From Gnetum montanum (lineage: Eukaryota > Plantae > Gnetophyta), in NCBI GenBank assembly GCA_015680685.1, contig MNCI01000556.1, positions 1,783,731-1,847,730 of the forward strand: DNA of 64,000 nucleotides, given 5' to 3'. The translations under genes were made by a program, and so were the position numbers. Within the stretch, counting starts at the first letter, position 1, and the number at the start of each line of letters is the position of its first letter. The notes beneath the pieces were generated by a model. That model was not told where the DNA came from. It ran no database searches and worked only from the letters and a program-made list of their open reading frames with translations. Shown one piece after another: positions 1-14,938 of this stretch.

Positions 1-142
1 CTTGAAGTGGAAAGATAGCGATCATGGGCTTAACTCAATTACTAGCATATCAACATTGTTTTTATATATAGATTACAATCAAGTCACGTGTGAACACTGG
101 TGACTTGTATGGTTGGGTGTTAGATTGCTCCATCACTCATCA
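1..142 (+). mobile_element. 3' end of an Athila-like LTR (cut by window start)
   Basis: Ends ...gtatggttgggtgt...catcactcatCA, resembling the LTR ends at 2911, 8714 and 15108. Confidence 0.55.
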
Positions 143-2082
143 AGTATCATTGGATGAATAAATAAATAGTTTTCCATATTATAAAATGAAAAGAATGGGA
201 TTGATTGTATGAATATAAGAAGTTCTTATATATATATATATATATATTCCAACAAAAAAAAAACAACCAAAGGATCTTTATAAATTAACACCATATATAA
301 CATCATAGAAGTTAAAACTATCTTGATCAACTATAATTAGCTAATTTAGAGTAATAGTTTCTTCTTTCATACTATAATTCATACTTAGTAGAAATAAAAT
401 CTTCCTTAAAATTTACATTTATAGAAAAACTTGAAAACATAGTATTTAAAGTGACAAAATTGTAAAATTTACTTTTAGTAAAATTTATTTGGAGTCTTGA
501 AGTTGTAGAAAAGGTTAAAATAATTTTATCTTTTCTCAAAAATTCTAAAACTATATTACAAATATCAATCTCAACAATTTGCTAGTAATTTTTAAAAGAT
601 CAATACAAAAGCCATCAACACTCAAAGCCTTATTGTTGACCATGCTAAACACAACATCATAAACATTAGCAACAATGGGAAGAGCTAAAAGCATGAATAT
701 TATAAGAAGATATATGTTTATTAATATATTATTTTCATGAGAATAGAGAACAAAATTAAAACCACCTACTAAGAAAAAATGCTAAAAAAGAATGGATAAT
801 TTTATTTGAGCTTTCTTGTTTAGAAAAAAGAATAATCTATTTTCAAAGTAATAATCAACATAAGAAGCATAACTGATGAAATGCTAATAAAAAAAGTTTC
901 ATCAATGCATACCCATTGACGTGACCTTGTCAACACATGGTATGATGCACTAACATAAGTACATCAATGTTGATGTAGTCATTGCCTATATAAATGCATC
1001 CACCACTCACATTTATGGCATCTTTTGGTCTTAGTCCTAGTCAAACCCTTGCAATTTCTTCCTTCTAGAGATAGAATATTTTTCCTTTGAGTACCCAAAG
1101 TGTAAATTTATGAAATTGTGCAACATTTTATTCAAGTGCCTATGTAGTTGAATGCATTAGCATGAATGACAATAAAATTGAGATTTCCTATATCCATTAT
1201 AGCACTTAGAATAGTTTAATCCTATGTTTTCGTACTTTACATGTAATTTCTATTGCTATTCTTAATTGAGTAATTAATAAAACTATTTATAAGTAATGTG
1301 GGTATGGCCATTTCAAGCATAACCTATTAATGCTTCGTAATCCCAAGAGTGGATACTTAGTATGCCTAGTAGTAGACACTTGGTAACCTAGCATCATTAA
1401 TATTAGTTCAAGATGTATATGGTAGATGGGAATGAATACTCCAAGTTAGGGTAGTTAATTAATGAAATAATTAATTAATTAGTTAATTTAATTATTAAGT
1501 ATTTTCTTAATTATCTAGCAATTAGGAGAAAAATAATTAAAATCATTAAAAAATACAATATCTCATGCCTCAACCACACTTAACCATACACACTATGATG
1601 AGTGGCACGTACCCCTTACACCCAATCATATAAATTATGAGTGTTCACATGCACCCCAATCTAGTTCTATGGATGGGACTAGTTGTGCATCTAGATTGTT
1701 AAGCATTGATCATAGTTCAATGTCTTCCCACTTGCACTAGTGGTAGCTTTGTCACATATGGTTTAGTCCAAAGTGAGGCATATGATTATTTATATTTTTT
1801 TGACCTTATGCTACTCCTAATGATAATAGAGAAATTAATTATTTAATCTAATTAATAATTAAAAATAAAGTCTAAACTAGGTTGGGTGATAAGTGTCCAT
1901 TCTTACCTTGTCATAAATGTCTCGAACACATGTATCCACTATTGGGATTATCAAGTTCTATGCTACTAGGTGAATCAAGAAATAACAGTGTTGGGATTAC
2001 CATGCAAATACATGTTTACACTCAAAACTAGTCATGCTGATTCTGCTAATTCATTAATATGCATGAAAAAATAAATATTAAC

Positions 2083-2911
2083 TAATGAGTCATGAATTTT
2101 TTGGCTATGATATCGCACCTATGATATCATGTACACGATATCATAGCCTGCCTCCTCATCTATAAATAAGAGGAAGGTAGATTTAGTAGGTAGCTTTTAG
2201 AGTTTTTTGGAAGTTAAGTTTCAATAGTTTTTCATACATCTATTTTTCATCTCAACCCTTTTCTCCCAGTGCATGCCCACATGCCCGTAGTGTGATGATT
2301 GTAATTGTACGACATCCTTATTTGAGTGTGACGTACTTGGACATGCACATGATCGGCAATAAAGATCGAGATTACTTCATCATTGCAACATCCACTTAGC
2401 TTAATTATTTATTTAATTGTTATTTTTATTTACTACTTTCTTTGTTAATATCTCTCTACCCTTATCTCCTAATAATGAGGAATAAGTATGACTGAATCAC
2501 AAGCATTTAAGTGTGACTACTTGGTACCCTAGTAGCGTACTTAGGCCATGCTCTTGGTAATCCCAGTGGTAGTTGTGCACTAGGCCCAAGATGTGTACAG
2601 ATGATTAAGGAATGGATGCTCATCGTATTTATGCTAGTTTACATTCTCTCTTATCCTCTCTCCTAGCTTAGTTGATATTATTTACCATCATCTTCAAAAG
2701 TAGCATTAGTGTAGGAACACATCATACACCTCACTCTGAACTAAATCATACGTGATAAAGCTAATACTAGTTTAGATGGGAAGATAATGAAATGTGATCT
2801 AAGAGTAACTATCAAGATACCACAACTAGTCCATCTATGGAGTTCCATTGGATCATGCGTGAAACACTTGTATTTGTATGGTTGAGTGTAGGGGTACCTC
2901 GCCACTCATCA
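2083..2911 (+). repeat. 5' LTR of element C
   Basis: Direct repeat of 7861-8714; TATAAATA at 2161-2168; ends CA. Confidence 0.9.
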
Positions 2912-2912
2912 T

Positions 2913-2930
2913 TGGTGCCATAGCCGGGGA
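2913..2930 (+). other. Primer binding site of element C (tRNA-Asp type, typical of Athila)
   Basis: tggtgccatagccgggga one base after the LTR end, close to TGGCGCCGTTGCCGGGGA. Confidence 0.8.
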
Positions 2931-3299
2931 TAGTCCTAGTTATCTAGATTAGTTATATCATATAGGATTACTATATAGAAATTAATGATATATATTTTAG
3001 GAAAAAATAATTACAAAAAGTCACATACAAATTCACACAGAATTGCACAACCATGCCTCTCCTACAAGACTACGATAATACCACATCTAGTGAGGCAATT
3101 CATTGGAGAACCAATGAATTATATGACAATGAAGATTGGAGTATGCAATCTGAGGTGGGAATTTCTTATAAACATAAATTAAAGTAGCATCATCCCAATG
3201 CATGAAATCATAACTTACTCGATGACGATGAACCCCTACTGGCCACTACAAGCTTAATGCAAATACAAGAGGCTATTTGAATCTCCCGTAAGCATTGTA

Positions 3300-4250
3300 A
3301 AGAGAGTCGCCTACCCAGGCTTGATTTAAACAACTTTCCCAATTTCTCAAGAGGCTATGAATTAGATCCATAACAACATTTACAAGCCTTCTATGATGCC
3401 TGTGCATGGAACAACATTGATAATGGCTGGAAAAAATTCAAGCTCTTTCCTACGACACTCATTGGCCACGCAAAAGTATGGTATAGATCGTTAAAACCAA
3501 ATTCAATATGAAGTTGGCCAAGAATGGTAGAACTCTTTAACAAAAGATATCAAACCTACGCAAGAGTGTTGGCCTTGAGGAAACAAATCCAAGAGTGGAA
3601 ACAAGCAGAACATGAACCCATGGACATGGCCTTAGAACAATATTATGCACTATTAAACAACTGTCCAAGCCATGAGTTCTCCGAAGAAAGGCTAATGTAC
3701 CATATCATTGATGGGCTTTGTTATGAAAAAAGAGATACCCTAGGGATGTATGCCTAAGGTTAACTATACGAACTATGAACCCATTAATTCCAAGAGCTAA
3801 TTAAGTGGGTAGAAAAAGAAGAAGGAGAAATGGTTGGATGGGAGTATGTTGAAAAACATCAACGGGACCAAAATCTCAACTTAACAGAGGTCCATAATCA
3901 TAAAAAGGAGAAATAAACCTATCTCAAGGAGGAAGAACCACCTTTTCCAATACAACAATCATTAGAGGAAGTTGAGGGAAAGATCAATAAGATGCTAAAA
4001 TGGATGCATAAAAAGTGTGAGGAATATATCAATAATATTGGAGATAGAGTTTTGACAACCCAAGATAGAGCTCAACTACCAATCATACTTATGAATGCAA
4101 CATTTTCCTGTAAAATCACCCCAAGGGCCAATGTCCAATCTTGTTACATTTATATGAGCATTGGGGAAGCATGTTACACCCCGAGTTCGTACAGAGATAC
4201 TATGTTCAATCACAGTGGAAAAAATCCCAGTCATGGGGGAAGCCATCCCT
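3300..4250 (+). pseudogene. gag: gag remnant of element C
   Basis: Capsid-like fragments (..QHLQAFYDAC.., KKFKLFPTTLIGHAKVWYRSL, MVELFNKRY) with many stops; homologous to gag remnants of A and B. Confidence 0.7.
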
Positions 4251-6900
4251 AAATTGGAGACACCCTTTGTATCATTTGAATCTAAATACTTATCTAGTTC
4301 AACATCCTGTTTCCCCAACCAGGTCAACATACTCTATCTCGTTGCATTATCATTCTCCTCAATACTATCAGCCCATGTCCTCAACACAACCACCACCTTG
4401 TGAACCTTACACTTCTCCTAAATTTCAACATTGTCATCCTTTTCATCCTTCTACATTTCCACCAATTGTTCCTAAAGTGTCTACACCACAACAACAACCC
4501 AAAAATGTTACTTGTGCTACTATTTCCAATAGCAGTGAGAGACCTCATCAACATCGAAAGTGTCCCTTCTTTAGATATGACCATAGGAAGGGACAACACA
4601 ATTCTGAGGCCACTACATTCTCCAACTCAGCACAAGTCCAACATTGTGGTGCATCCTTCTCTTCAAACCTAGTGCCTCATCTCACTTCATTAGGGCCACC
4701 AATTAACACTCCAACAACCATATGGCCTAATGAATATAGCCATGGAGAGTGACATTCTGATCCTTGCATACTAGCTTATGATCTCAAGTATCATAGTTGG
4801 TCAACTCTTTACTTGGGAACCACATCTTATAAATTACCCCACTACGCTTACTACAATCATGTGTGTGAACTCTAATGGGGTAAGTATGACCAAGTTTCAA
4901 TATTTCGAACATACAAGGATCCTCATCTTTCATTTGTTAATCCTTGCCATGCTCAACTATTTAGTTATGGGGGATATCCCCCATTTTAATAACAAGTGGG
5001 ATTAATGAATATTTTTCATTTTTTTTAATTTTATAATTTTTTGTTTTCCAGTTTTTCATTTTTCAATTTCTTGTTTTATCTTTTTGTCTATTTGTCTTTT
5101 GATCTTTTTATATGTAATCTCATCTATGAATAAAACACTCATGTGGCTCATTGGTTGAGGTGTGTTCTATGTTATCGTGTCTCAAGTGATCAATTATTTG
5201 GACAATGAGCTTATTACACCTACTCATCCATTCTACAAATAAGAGGTTCTATTTGAGGGTACAGTGATATTCTTGACATTCTTAAAACTTAAAATTAATT
5301 ATGTGTTCATTGTACCCAAAACGGAGAGGGATGGATCAAGAGGGAATGATTAGGATGTGACATCAAGGGGACTTGTGGATTCTCTTTGGTGACGTCTATG
5401 GGAGTTATCACGCAACGTGGTTGTACTAAGATCCTTGTAGATCTAACACAAAATGGGAGTAAGAGTAATCAAAAGACACTCAAAAATTCAATGTTGTTCT
5501 AGGCGGTCCCACTGGAAAGATATGCACCCATGCCTGAAGGTTGGCAGCTTCTCTAGATTTAGCAATTGAAAAGAAAAACAAAACAACGTGCCACAAAGCA
5601 AAAATCACTCCTCCCTTGAACAAAATGCCAAGTGATCATACACCTTGTTATTATGGTACTCTCATAGTCGCTCATCATGGGATGACACAATGCGATGTCA
5701 CTTATCAGAGGAATGGACTTGTTCTTGATCTTGGAATGACGAGTTAATGAAACATTAATCATGCTTTACACGAAGAATTCATTGTGACCTAGGTCAATTA
5801 CCTCATGTTCCAATTTCTACAATCCCATATATAGGACATCTCATCTTCCTATTCATGTAATTGTAACTCGTGTCCTATGTAGCATAGAATTTTTACCTCA
5901 TTCCAGTGATACTTACATGCGTGTGTTTTGTGGAACCAGTGTAGATTACATTTAATCCTTCTAGTGCCTACAAACATTTTAAGATGTGGTTACACAATGG
6001 CATTGTAGGTTGGAACCTGCTTTGGCAAGGACCCACTTGTGTAATTTTTTGTAATTTGCACTCATTACACATCTTCCACACACCATCTATTACCCTCAAC
6101 ATATTTTCAATGATATTCTTTCCCTTATTACTATCCCTCCAATTCAAATGTTCCTATGAACCATCACATAGCCTTTTCTCCCCCTTACCATTCAAGGTTC
6201 TTATTGTTAAATCTCATACCATCACAATTTTTGTGCCTTCAAAACTAGTTGAATTACCCTGGAACCCTTTAACACTCTTCCGGATATCCTTAGTTTGCAT
6301 CGTTTAATTTCAAAAAAATATTAAAAATTCGGTACATTCTATAAAGTTCCCTAACATCGATAGGCTATGATATCACGTACAATATATATATATATATATA
6401 TACATACATGACCCCCATGTGCTAATCAACATCATTTGCAACTGTTCATGTGGGGGAAGTTTTTCAGATTTCTCTCTACAACTTGCAATTTTGCATCTCT
6501 TGCTTTCATATCCATAACTCGCTCACTAGTACTTCGATTTTCATTCCGTTTGAACCTACTTGAACCCATAGTGTTTAGCTTAGTTGTGGGGGAGGGGCAC
6601 ATGCTGAATAGCACATAAATTTTTTGAAATTTTTCATCACCTGAAGGACATTATTAAGGGTAATTAATTATAAAATTAAGGATAAATGCACCAAAAACAA
6701 TTTCATCTCCTTAGTTATAATGGGAAACTAGATTTGGAAACCACCTAAGCAAAGAGGATTCAATATTATAATCTTTCGAGGAAATTTTCGCCTAATAAGT
6801 AATGTCACATAGAGATAAAGAAAAGTCATTAAGGTAAGCATTAAGGTATAACATAACTTTGGTAACAACCGTACTAACGATTAGCCCCGTGTGATTGCAG

Positions 6901-7690
6901 ATGGCCTTGAAACACGGACAACAGGAAGGTCCTACTGAAGGTGTGATCAAGCGACCTAGAAGATGTAAAGGATAAGTTCCTACTGAACAACATGTAGAGC
7001 AGGAGGAATAATCATTTAGTATCCGCCAAGAGGACCCTACCACTGTACAATCAAGATAGGATGAAGGAGGAGCTGCTGCAGCGTCTGAACAAAGACGACA
7101 TCTCACATTGCCTTAATATTATATTTAGACCATCCATGAAAGGTCCATATTAACTGTAGTGATTGTGGAATTAAACTTTGGACCTTTTGCAAAATTTGCT
7201 CCAGAGACCATTAGGGATCACCTCAAAGAGTCCCCATTATGGCCTACCCTCTCTGAAAGTAGTGCTTGGTACTTAGGGAAAACGTACCAATTTTCGCACG
7301 ATAAAGAAGAAGGCACCATGGTTAACATTTGTGGTGTGACCATTGATTTCTCTGTTAAAGCCATTTCGAAAGCATTAAACCTTCCAAATATAGGACCAAA
7401 GGTTACTCAAAACTAGCTGGACACTTTTAGGACTAAGCAACTTAATAAACTATTGACAGAGAATAAAAGGGTGGCGGAAGAAAAAGGGAAGGCTGATTAC
7501 GATGCCTCTATGGCATAAGAACAAACTTACATGCACAGAAAGGCATTCAAGGCCTTACAAGAGGAGAAACTCTAGGCCATACTTCAATGATATCAAATCC
7601 CAAGACCTAGAGCGCAATACAAGGTAAAGACACTAATGGAGGAGCGACCGCCACCAGGAACTACATGAGTTCCATCCAATCTTGTAGTTA
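6901..7690 (+). pseudogene. Athila-type 3' extra (env-like / putative plant transposon protein) ORF remnant of element C
   Basis: ATG at 6901 (MALKHG, compatible with decayed MAPKRG) is in frame with ORF 7159-7416 containing NICGVTIDFSVKAISKALNLP; lies just before the 3' LTR. Confidence 0.55.
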
Positions 7691-7860
7691 TAGGATTTTC
7701 TTTTGTGTTCTTCATGTTGTGTCTCAATTTTGTTTTGATTCCACACCACAACATGAATCCATTCTAGTTAGTCAATAATCTCATACCTATCCACTATGTA
7801 ATCAATGGAGCTTGTTCTCACTTTAACTTGAGGACGAGTTTTCATTCAGTCATGGAGGTA

Positions 7861-8714
7861 TGACGAGTCATGAATTTGTTGGCTGCAATATCACACCTAT
7901 GATATCGCATACGTGATATCATAGCCTAGAAGTAATATCATGTACCTAATATTGCAACTTGCCTCCTCATCTATAAATAAGAGGAAGGCAAATTTAGTAG
8001 GCAGCTTTTAGAGTTTTTTGGAAGTTAAGTTTCAATAGTTTTTAGTACGTTTGTTTTTCCTCTCAACCCTTTTCTCCCAGTGCATGCCCATAGTGTGATG
8101 ATTATAATTGTATGACATCTTTATTCGAGTGTGATGTACTTGGACATGCACATGACCAGCAATAAAGATCGAGATTACTTCATCATTGCAGCATCCACTT
8201 AGCTTAATTATTTATTTAATTGTTATTTTTATTTACTACTTTCTTTGTTAATATCTCTCTACCCTTATCTCCTAGTAACACAGAATGAGGACAACTGAGT
8301 CACGAGCATTTAAGTGTGACTACTTGGCAACCCAGTAGCGTACTTAGGCCATGTACTTGGTAATCCCAGTGGTAGTCATGCACGAGGTCCAAGATATGTA
8401 CAAATGATTAATGAACGAATGCCTATCGCACTTAGGCTAGTTTAGATTCTCTCTCATCATCTCTCCTAGCTTAGTTGATATTATTTACCATCATCTTCAA
8501 GAGTAGCATTAGTGTAGGAACACATCATACACCTCACTCTAGACAAAACCATACGTGACAAAGCTAATACTAGTCTAGGTGGGAAGACAATGAACTATGA
8601 TCTAAGAGTAACTATCTAGATACCACAACTAGTCCGTCTACGGAGTTCAATTGGATCATGTGTGAAACGCTCATATTCGTATGGTTGAGTGTAGGGGTAT
8701 CTCTCCACTCATTA
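7861..8714 (+). repeat. 3' LTR of element C
   Basis: Starts TG, direct repeat of 2083-2911, followed by TSD TTAAC. Confidence 0.9.
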
Positions 8715-11700
8715 TTAACTAAGTACATGGAATATAAATTACATGGAAAGTAAAATTAATTTAATTCAAAGTACTGTAATGAATAAGAATCAATATCGAT
8801 CTTATTATCATTCATGAAATTTGTCTAGGTACATTGTCACTTGAATAAGATGTCATACAATTGACTCAGATCCACACTATGGGCACTCACTCTAAGACTA
8901 TAAAATAAAACTACAAGGGTTTGGCTACTCTATTAATAAAAGGGTGCCAAGTACTTGGTGGGAGCATGCATATTTATAAGAAAATACAAACACTGCATCA
9001 ATGCATCAGATCATGTGTCGATAGGATCCCGTTGATGGGTACATATTGATGGGGCTATGTCAACAAGTACCCATGGATACAACTACAATATTGCATCTAT
9101 GACATCGCAAATGTGATATAGCATCTATGATGTAGCAACCAACTAAGAGACATAGTCAAGGTTGCTACAATGCAGATGCAATGTAGCATCTACGATATCT
9201 CAGCCAACTAATGCTTCATCATACCATCACAATTGGCTAGAATAGGACCAACTTTCTTTACAAGAATAAAATAGAAAAAATATGGGATTATTGATTGATA
9301 CTCACTATTGATTGACTCTGAGTGCCACATTACAAAATTTATTTGAGTGAATGTATTACAAAATGACAAAATGATAAAAAGACTATACAAACATTAAAGT
9401 TTACAAAATCTTCAGAGATCTTCAAAAATCCACTGAGGATGAATCTTCTTCTTGTTACTAGTGGTGGTAGAATTAACCTAGATTATTATGTCAATGCTTC
9501 TCTAGTTATGTAGAACATTCTGGAAGGATGGACTAAAATTTCTTCTCATTATCCCATGAATAGAGAAATCATGTAATGTTTGAGTTGTTATTCTGTATGT
9601 GCTACTATTTTTCCATGGGCATATCCTCTATTGTCCCTCTCTTGGCTTCATTATCATGCCTGGAAAAAGACCTTCTTCCTTAGGTGTTTCTTTTCACATC
9701 ATCTATAGTCACCAAAGGATCAACATTAGTTTTGGTGAATTTTCCTTAATAATTAACCCATTTGAGATCCCTTAGTTTGCATTTAGGCAAAAGGTGATGA
9801 CAATGTACTATGGCCAAGGCTATGAGGTAACTAAAATCATCAAGCTATTCACATCATCTTGATCTATTAGTATTAGTTGCCATGATTTTCAAAAATAGGA
9901 TGTTAGAAAAAATTTTAAAAATTTTAAAAATTTTCAAAGTAGACATTCCTATCCCCCATGACTAATAAGTGTAACTCCAAAAGTGCATAAGTTTTCAAAT
10001 AATTAAAACAAATGGTCTAATTCAAAAGATGGCCAAGCAATATTAATGGATATGAAAATAGAAAAGTAGGAAAATTAATCAAATGGATGAGAAGTAGTCC
10101 CAAAATCATGCATAAATTTAGAGAAACCATCACTGATGTTTGAAAAGATGTGAAGGTTAGTTCAAAACCATGATCAACAAGAGTTATGCAAGTGGATCCT
10201 TCCCAAAGTAGGCTCTTATCATAATACCCTTGCATAACCACTTCTATAGATGTCCATGGACACCTGAGAAGTTAAAATGTAAACCATGCCTTTGTTCCAA
10301 ACAACACACAACTACCTTAGTTGGGATGTTGTGCTATACTAAACAAAACAAAAAGGTGCATAATTTCACATAGTAGTGAGGTAAATAATGGAATAAGAAG
10401 GGATTTTAGAGATTGGAATGCAAGGTGCTTTACCATGTCCATAATAGGTTCTTGTGTCAAATATGATCAAAATGATCTTCACACCTATATATTCAAGTTT
10501 CAGACCAAGTCCATACCACGAACAATGAATTTACATTGATGTGTTCCTTCTTGCCTACCATCATGAGTCTACAACCATCTCAAAGAACAATAATCACTCC
10601 AAAAAGAGAAGAAAAGAGAACAAGGAAGATCTTTAGTTAGAGGGGTACCTTTAGGCATGGTTAATATATCTTTCCAACCCCATAAATAGTGCTTGTAGTC
10701 CACTATTATGTTTAAGAAGTTTGCTTTAAATTTCCATTATTTTTTTTTTCATATCCTTTTTTTATTTTATTCTTTTCTAGTTTTTTTATTTTTATATTTT
10801 TTTAAAAAAAAATATCAATGGGAACCACACCATGCAAAGACAAAGCTTCCTATTTATTAATTAACAATCGGAGTGAAGATACATTCCATAAGGAGTCATA
10901 AACTAGATGAAGTCAAGAAGAAAATCCAAAAAGTCCCCTTGAGGTTACATCCTTTTTCATTTCCACTTGGTCATTTTCTTTCTTTAAGGTACAATGATTA
11001 TTGATTGATTTTAGTTTTATGAAAGAAGAACAAAATTACTTTCATGAAGAAAGACCTTTTTATTTAGAGAACTAGAGGGATGCATGAGGTGGTCTCACTA
11101 CTTCACACAATTTCTTACCCAATCATCTTGATCGCATAGCAAAAAAACCTAATACATAGCACTGACTTTCGCATCATGACTTGGCAATATTATTAACCAA
11201 AAACATAAAATAAATTCATAAACATTAAAAATGGCTTAATAAAAATGAAAATTATAAAGAAAAAAAATAAAAATATTAAGAAATTAAAAACATATTAAAA
11301 ATAAAAAAATGTTGAGAGAAATCTAAAATTGATAAAGAATTGTAAAACAAAAAAGTGAAAAGTACTTATTTGTTCTTGAATCAAGATGGGAAATCTCCCC
11401 CATGATTAAGCTTAAATATGGAATAAGAGTGAATAAGTGTATTGGCTAGTTACATGCATCTTTTAAATAGTTTTATACCTTCATTTTCAAGCCACTAGGT
11501 GTCCTCTAGTTTAGCGGCTATTTCATAGACTTGTTTTCACTCACACACTTGTTCCTTAACTTTGTTATGGATTCGTATAGGGGATATGTGAATATTTTGA
11601 ACTTCTAGCCCACAACTATATCTTTTATTATTATTAGTAATGCATGAAGGTTTCTTTCTCTCCATAGTGATAAGTTTATCTTTTATGTTCTTTGTTGTAG

Positions 11701-12499
11701 TAGTGATGGTTGTTCGATGTTGTGTTTGATAAGGAAACATCATTTCTACAAGAAAGGATGTGCTATTAGGTCTATGAGTTTTGTGCTTATGTGTGGAAAC
11801 TATCCTAAAGAAGGGATGTTTCCAAGGTTGTGGTGAAGATCTACTAACATTGTCATTTTCATGTATATTTACAACAAAAGAGGCATTCTTTTGTTCATGT
11901 TGTGGTGTCAAACCTTACTGGGTTGGTGGTGGTGACATGTGGTGGAGGGGAGTATGAGAATATTGAGGATATGATGGAGGATGAGAGGTGTGAGGTGGAG
12001 GTCCCATAGAATATGTTACAAGTTGATAATATTCAGGAGAGTAGTAATAGTAATTTGAGGTAGAGGAAGTTAAACCAATTGGAAAAATAGGTTGCTAAAC
12101 ATAATATCCATATGGGTCTGGCTCACAATAAGGGTAGTGTTAGTTTGATGATGGCCTCCCCCATGACTGTGATTTTTACCACTACAATTGATAATAGTAT
12201 TGAGGTTGGTAAAAATCCCCACTAGGATAGTATGGTTGGTTGTAGGAGTTTCTATAAGTACCTAGTGAGAAAGGTAATTTCTTAGGCATTTGCTTTTTTA
12301 CAGACTTGGGAATCAAAGAAAAACCCAAATACTCATGTAGATGTAACATGACTAGGCAATAGCCCTTTGGATGATCATATAGGTAGATGTCACATCCATC
12401 ATCCTCTTGTGTAGTTGAGTCTATAACCTCTTCACCTACACTTATTTTTCTTTTTTATCAATAAGTATTATTACTAGTTTCTTGGTTCTTTTTCCTCTT

Positions 12500-13812
12500 C
12501 TTATTTTGATTAATTCATTCTTTTTTTGTTATCCTCTCCTCTACTTTTTTTTATGTAAGTTGTAACATTATCATTTATCAACTCCCACATCTTATCTAGC
12601 CTTACTTCAAGCTCATCGATAGACTTTTATATTGGAAAATTTTATTGTAAAATCATGTCATTGAGAGCTATCTCTTTTCCCTCATCATAGATATTTAAAG
12701 AGTTGGATCCCAATTATATTCCGCTACATTCTCTTGTTTACATAGCTCTCATTCTTTTTCCACCCACTTGATTAGCCTTTGTATCTGATGGATTTCAATT
12801 TGTATAACCAACCTCAAGCATAAATCCCAAGGGTCTCCCTCATTTGATTACAAAGACCTCCTATGATGTGGAAAAGTTTTTCTTTTTAAGAGAAATTATA
12901 TCCATACATCTATGTAGTAGAAAATAATATCTATCCAAGACCACATTTAAGGATTCATGATTTTCTCAAGTTGGATACTCTCACATAGGTTTGGTATTTT
13001 TCATTGAAGAGCTCCAGCATTATGGACCATTTGTGAATTGAATCTAGTTCCAATGATCTATACCAACTTTTAGCTTTGTCTATTATTATCCTAGGAAAGA
13101 GCTTAAGCATTTTCCACTTACATTAGATATTTTGCAAGGTGCAAGCATCATGGAAGGCTTGTAAGTGATGTTGTGGATCAAAATTATAGTCTCCCCAAAA
13201 TTTAGGAATGTTGTCCATATCAAGCCATTTGATGTGGTTGTCCCTTTGATGCCATTGGGGTATTTGAACTACCTACCTAATCTCTATTAGGTTCCTAGTA
13301 GCCAACAAGAATCCATCAATGTTAGAAATGTCATGGTGAGAATCTCTATTTCTATTTTTTTGGTGGTGATCTTGTCTATGCTCACTTTGATGTCTTTGAT
13401 TTTGCCCTTGGGATTGATTTCTATTTTTATTTAGACCCCATAGTGGAGCTCCATATCTATACCTATGTTCATCATCCTCAAAACTAGACATTGAAGAAAA
13501 AGAGGAATATGAAGAGTTGGGAGAAACACCATGGCTCCTATATCTTCCCCCATGGTCCCTTGATGTATATTTTCTAGGTTTAGAGCTGGTTCCAGGCCTT
13601 AAGGCTCTCACCATTTTAGGACTTACTCCATCTACTCTAGCATTTTCTACATGAATTAAATGTACTTTATGCATGTAGTAAGGGTTAAAATAAGCATATG
13701 AAACCCATACTTGAGGTTGTTCACTCCAATTCTCTTTAGTATAGATCCTATCATTTCTCCTATGAGAGTTTTCATCATACAATGCATTATGGATTATTTG
13801 TGAAGAATACAT
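12500..13812 (-). pseudogene. gag: gag remnant of element B
   Basis: ORF 13273-13812 followed by capsid-like fragments (FDPQHHLQAFHDAC, KMLKLFPRII..KAKSWYRSLE); lower boundary approximate. Confidence 0.65.
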
Positions 13813-13938
13813 GTTTTTAATGTGTGTAACTATAAATAATTAATATTTTCTAAAAGATAAATCATTAACACTTTTACAATGGTTGTTTATAATATAACTA
13901 ATCTAGATAACTAGCACCATCCTCAGCAACAATGCCAA

Positions 13939-14938
13939 CAAGGAGTAGCAGGTACCCCATATGCCCAACCATACGAATTATAAGCATTCATGTGCAACCT
14001 TATTAAATTCTATGGATGGAACTAGTTGCGCATCTAGATTGTTAAGCATTAATCATAATTTTATATCATCCTACTTCGACTAATGGTAGCTTTGTCATGT
14101 ATGGTTTAGTCCAAAGTGAGGCATATGATTGTTGATGTTATTTTAGCTTTATGTTATTCCTAACAATAATTGAAAAATTAATTCTTTAATCTAATTAACA
14201 ACAAAAAGTAAAGTCTAAACTAGCCTACAATTGATAAGTGTCCATTCTTTGCTTGCTATACATGTCCTATACCCACATATTCACTACTAGGATTACCAAG
14301 CACTATGCTACTTGGTGAACCAAGAAATAATGTTGTTGGGATTACCAAGCAAATACATGTTCATACTCAAAACTGGTTATCGTCATTCTACCAATTCATT
14401 AATATACATTAAATCATACATATTAACTAAGTATAGGGAATATAAATTGCATAGGATGTAAATTTAATCTAAGTCAAAGTGCTACAATGAATAAGAATCA
14501 TCTTGATCTTATTATCGTTTATGGAATGTGTCCCAGTATATTTCCACTTGAATACAATGTTGTACAACTAACTCAAATTCACACTACAAACACTTACTAA
14601 CTATTCTCTAATACTATGAAATAAAACTACAAGGTTTTAGTTACGTTATTGAAAAAAAAATTTCCCAATACATAGAAAAAGCATGTGTATTTATAGGTGA
14701 AAAAAAATGCTACGTCAATGCATTAAATCATGTGTCAACGAGATCCTATCAATGGGTACACATCGATGAGGCTACGTCAATAGGTACTCATTGATGCAAC
14801 TATGATATCACATATATGACATCATAGATACGATGTAGCATTTACAATGTAGTAGCCAACTAAGACCCATCGTTAGGGATGCTACAATGTAAATATAATG
14901 TAACATCTATGATATCTCAAACAACTGATGCTTCATCA
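13939..14938 (-). repeat. 5' LTR of element B
   Basis: Aligns with 1596-2082 joined to 8720-9221; flanked by PBS and TSD CACTA. Confidence 0.85.

Larger units (their letters stand above)
2083..8714 (+). mobile_element. Element C: non-autonomous Athila-like LTR element (gag remnant plus 3' extra ORF, no pol)
   Basis: LTRs 2083-2911 and 7861-8714 align along their length. TSD TTAAC at 2078-2082 and 8715-8719. PBS tggtgccatagccgggga at 2913-2930; weak PPT ..tggaggta before 7861. Confidence 0.9.
1596..14938 (-). mobile_element. Element B: non-autonomous Athila-like LTR element (gag remnant, no pol)
   Basis: 5' LTR 13939-14938; 3' LTR 1596-2082 plus 8720-9221 (split by element C). TSD CACTA at 1591-1595 and 14939-14943. 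Degenerate tRNA-Asp-type PBS tggcattgttgctgagga at 13937-13920. Confidence 0.85.

Noticed and set aside
1591-1595. CACTA as a CACTA-transposon terminus
   Set aside because: It occurs as a direct repeat on both sides of element B (also 14939-14943), so it is the 5-bp TSD.
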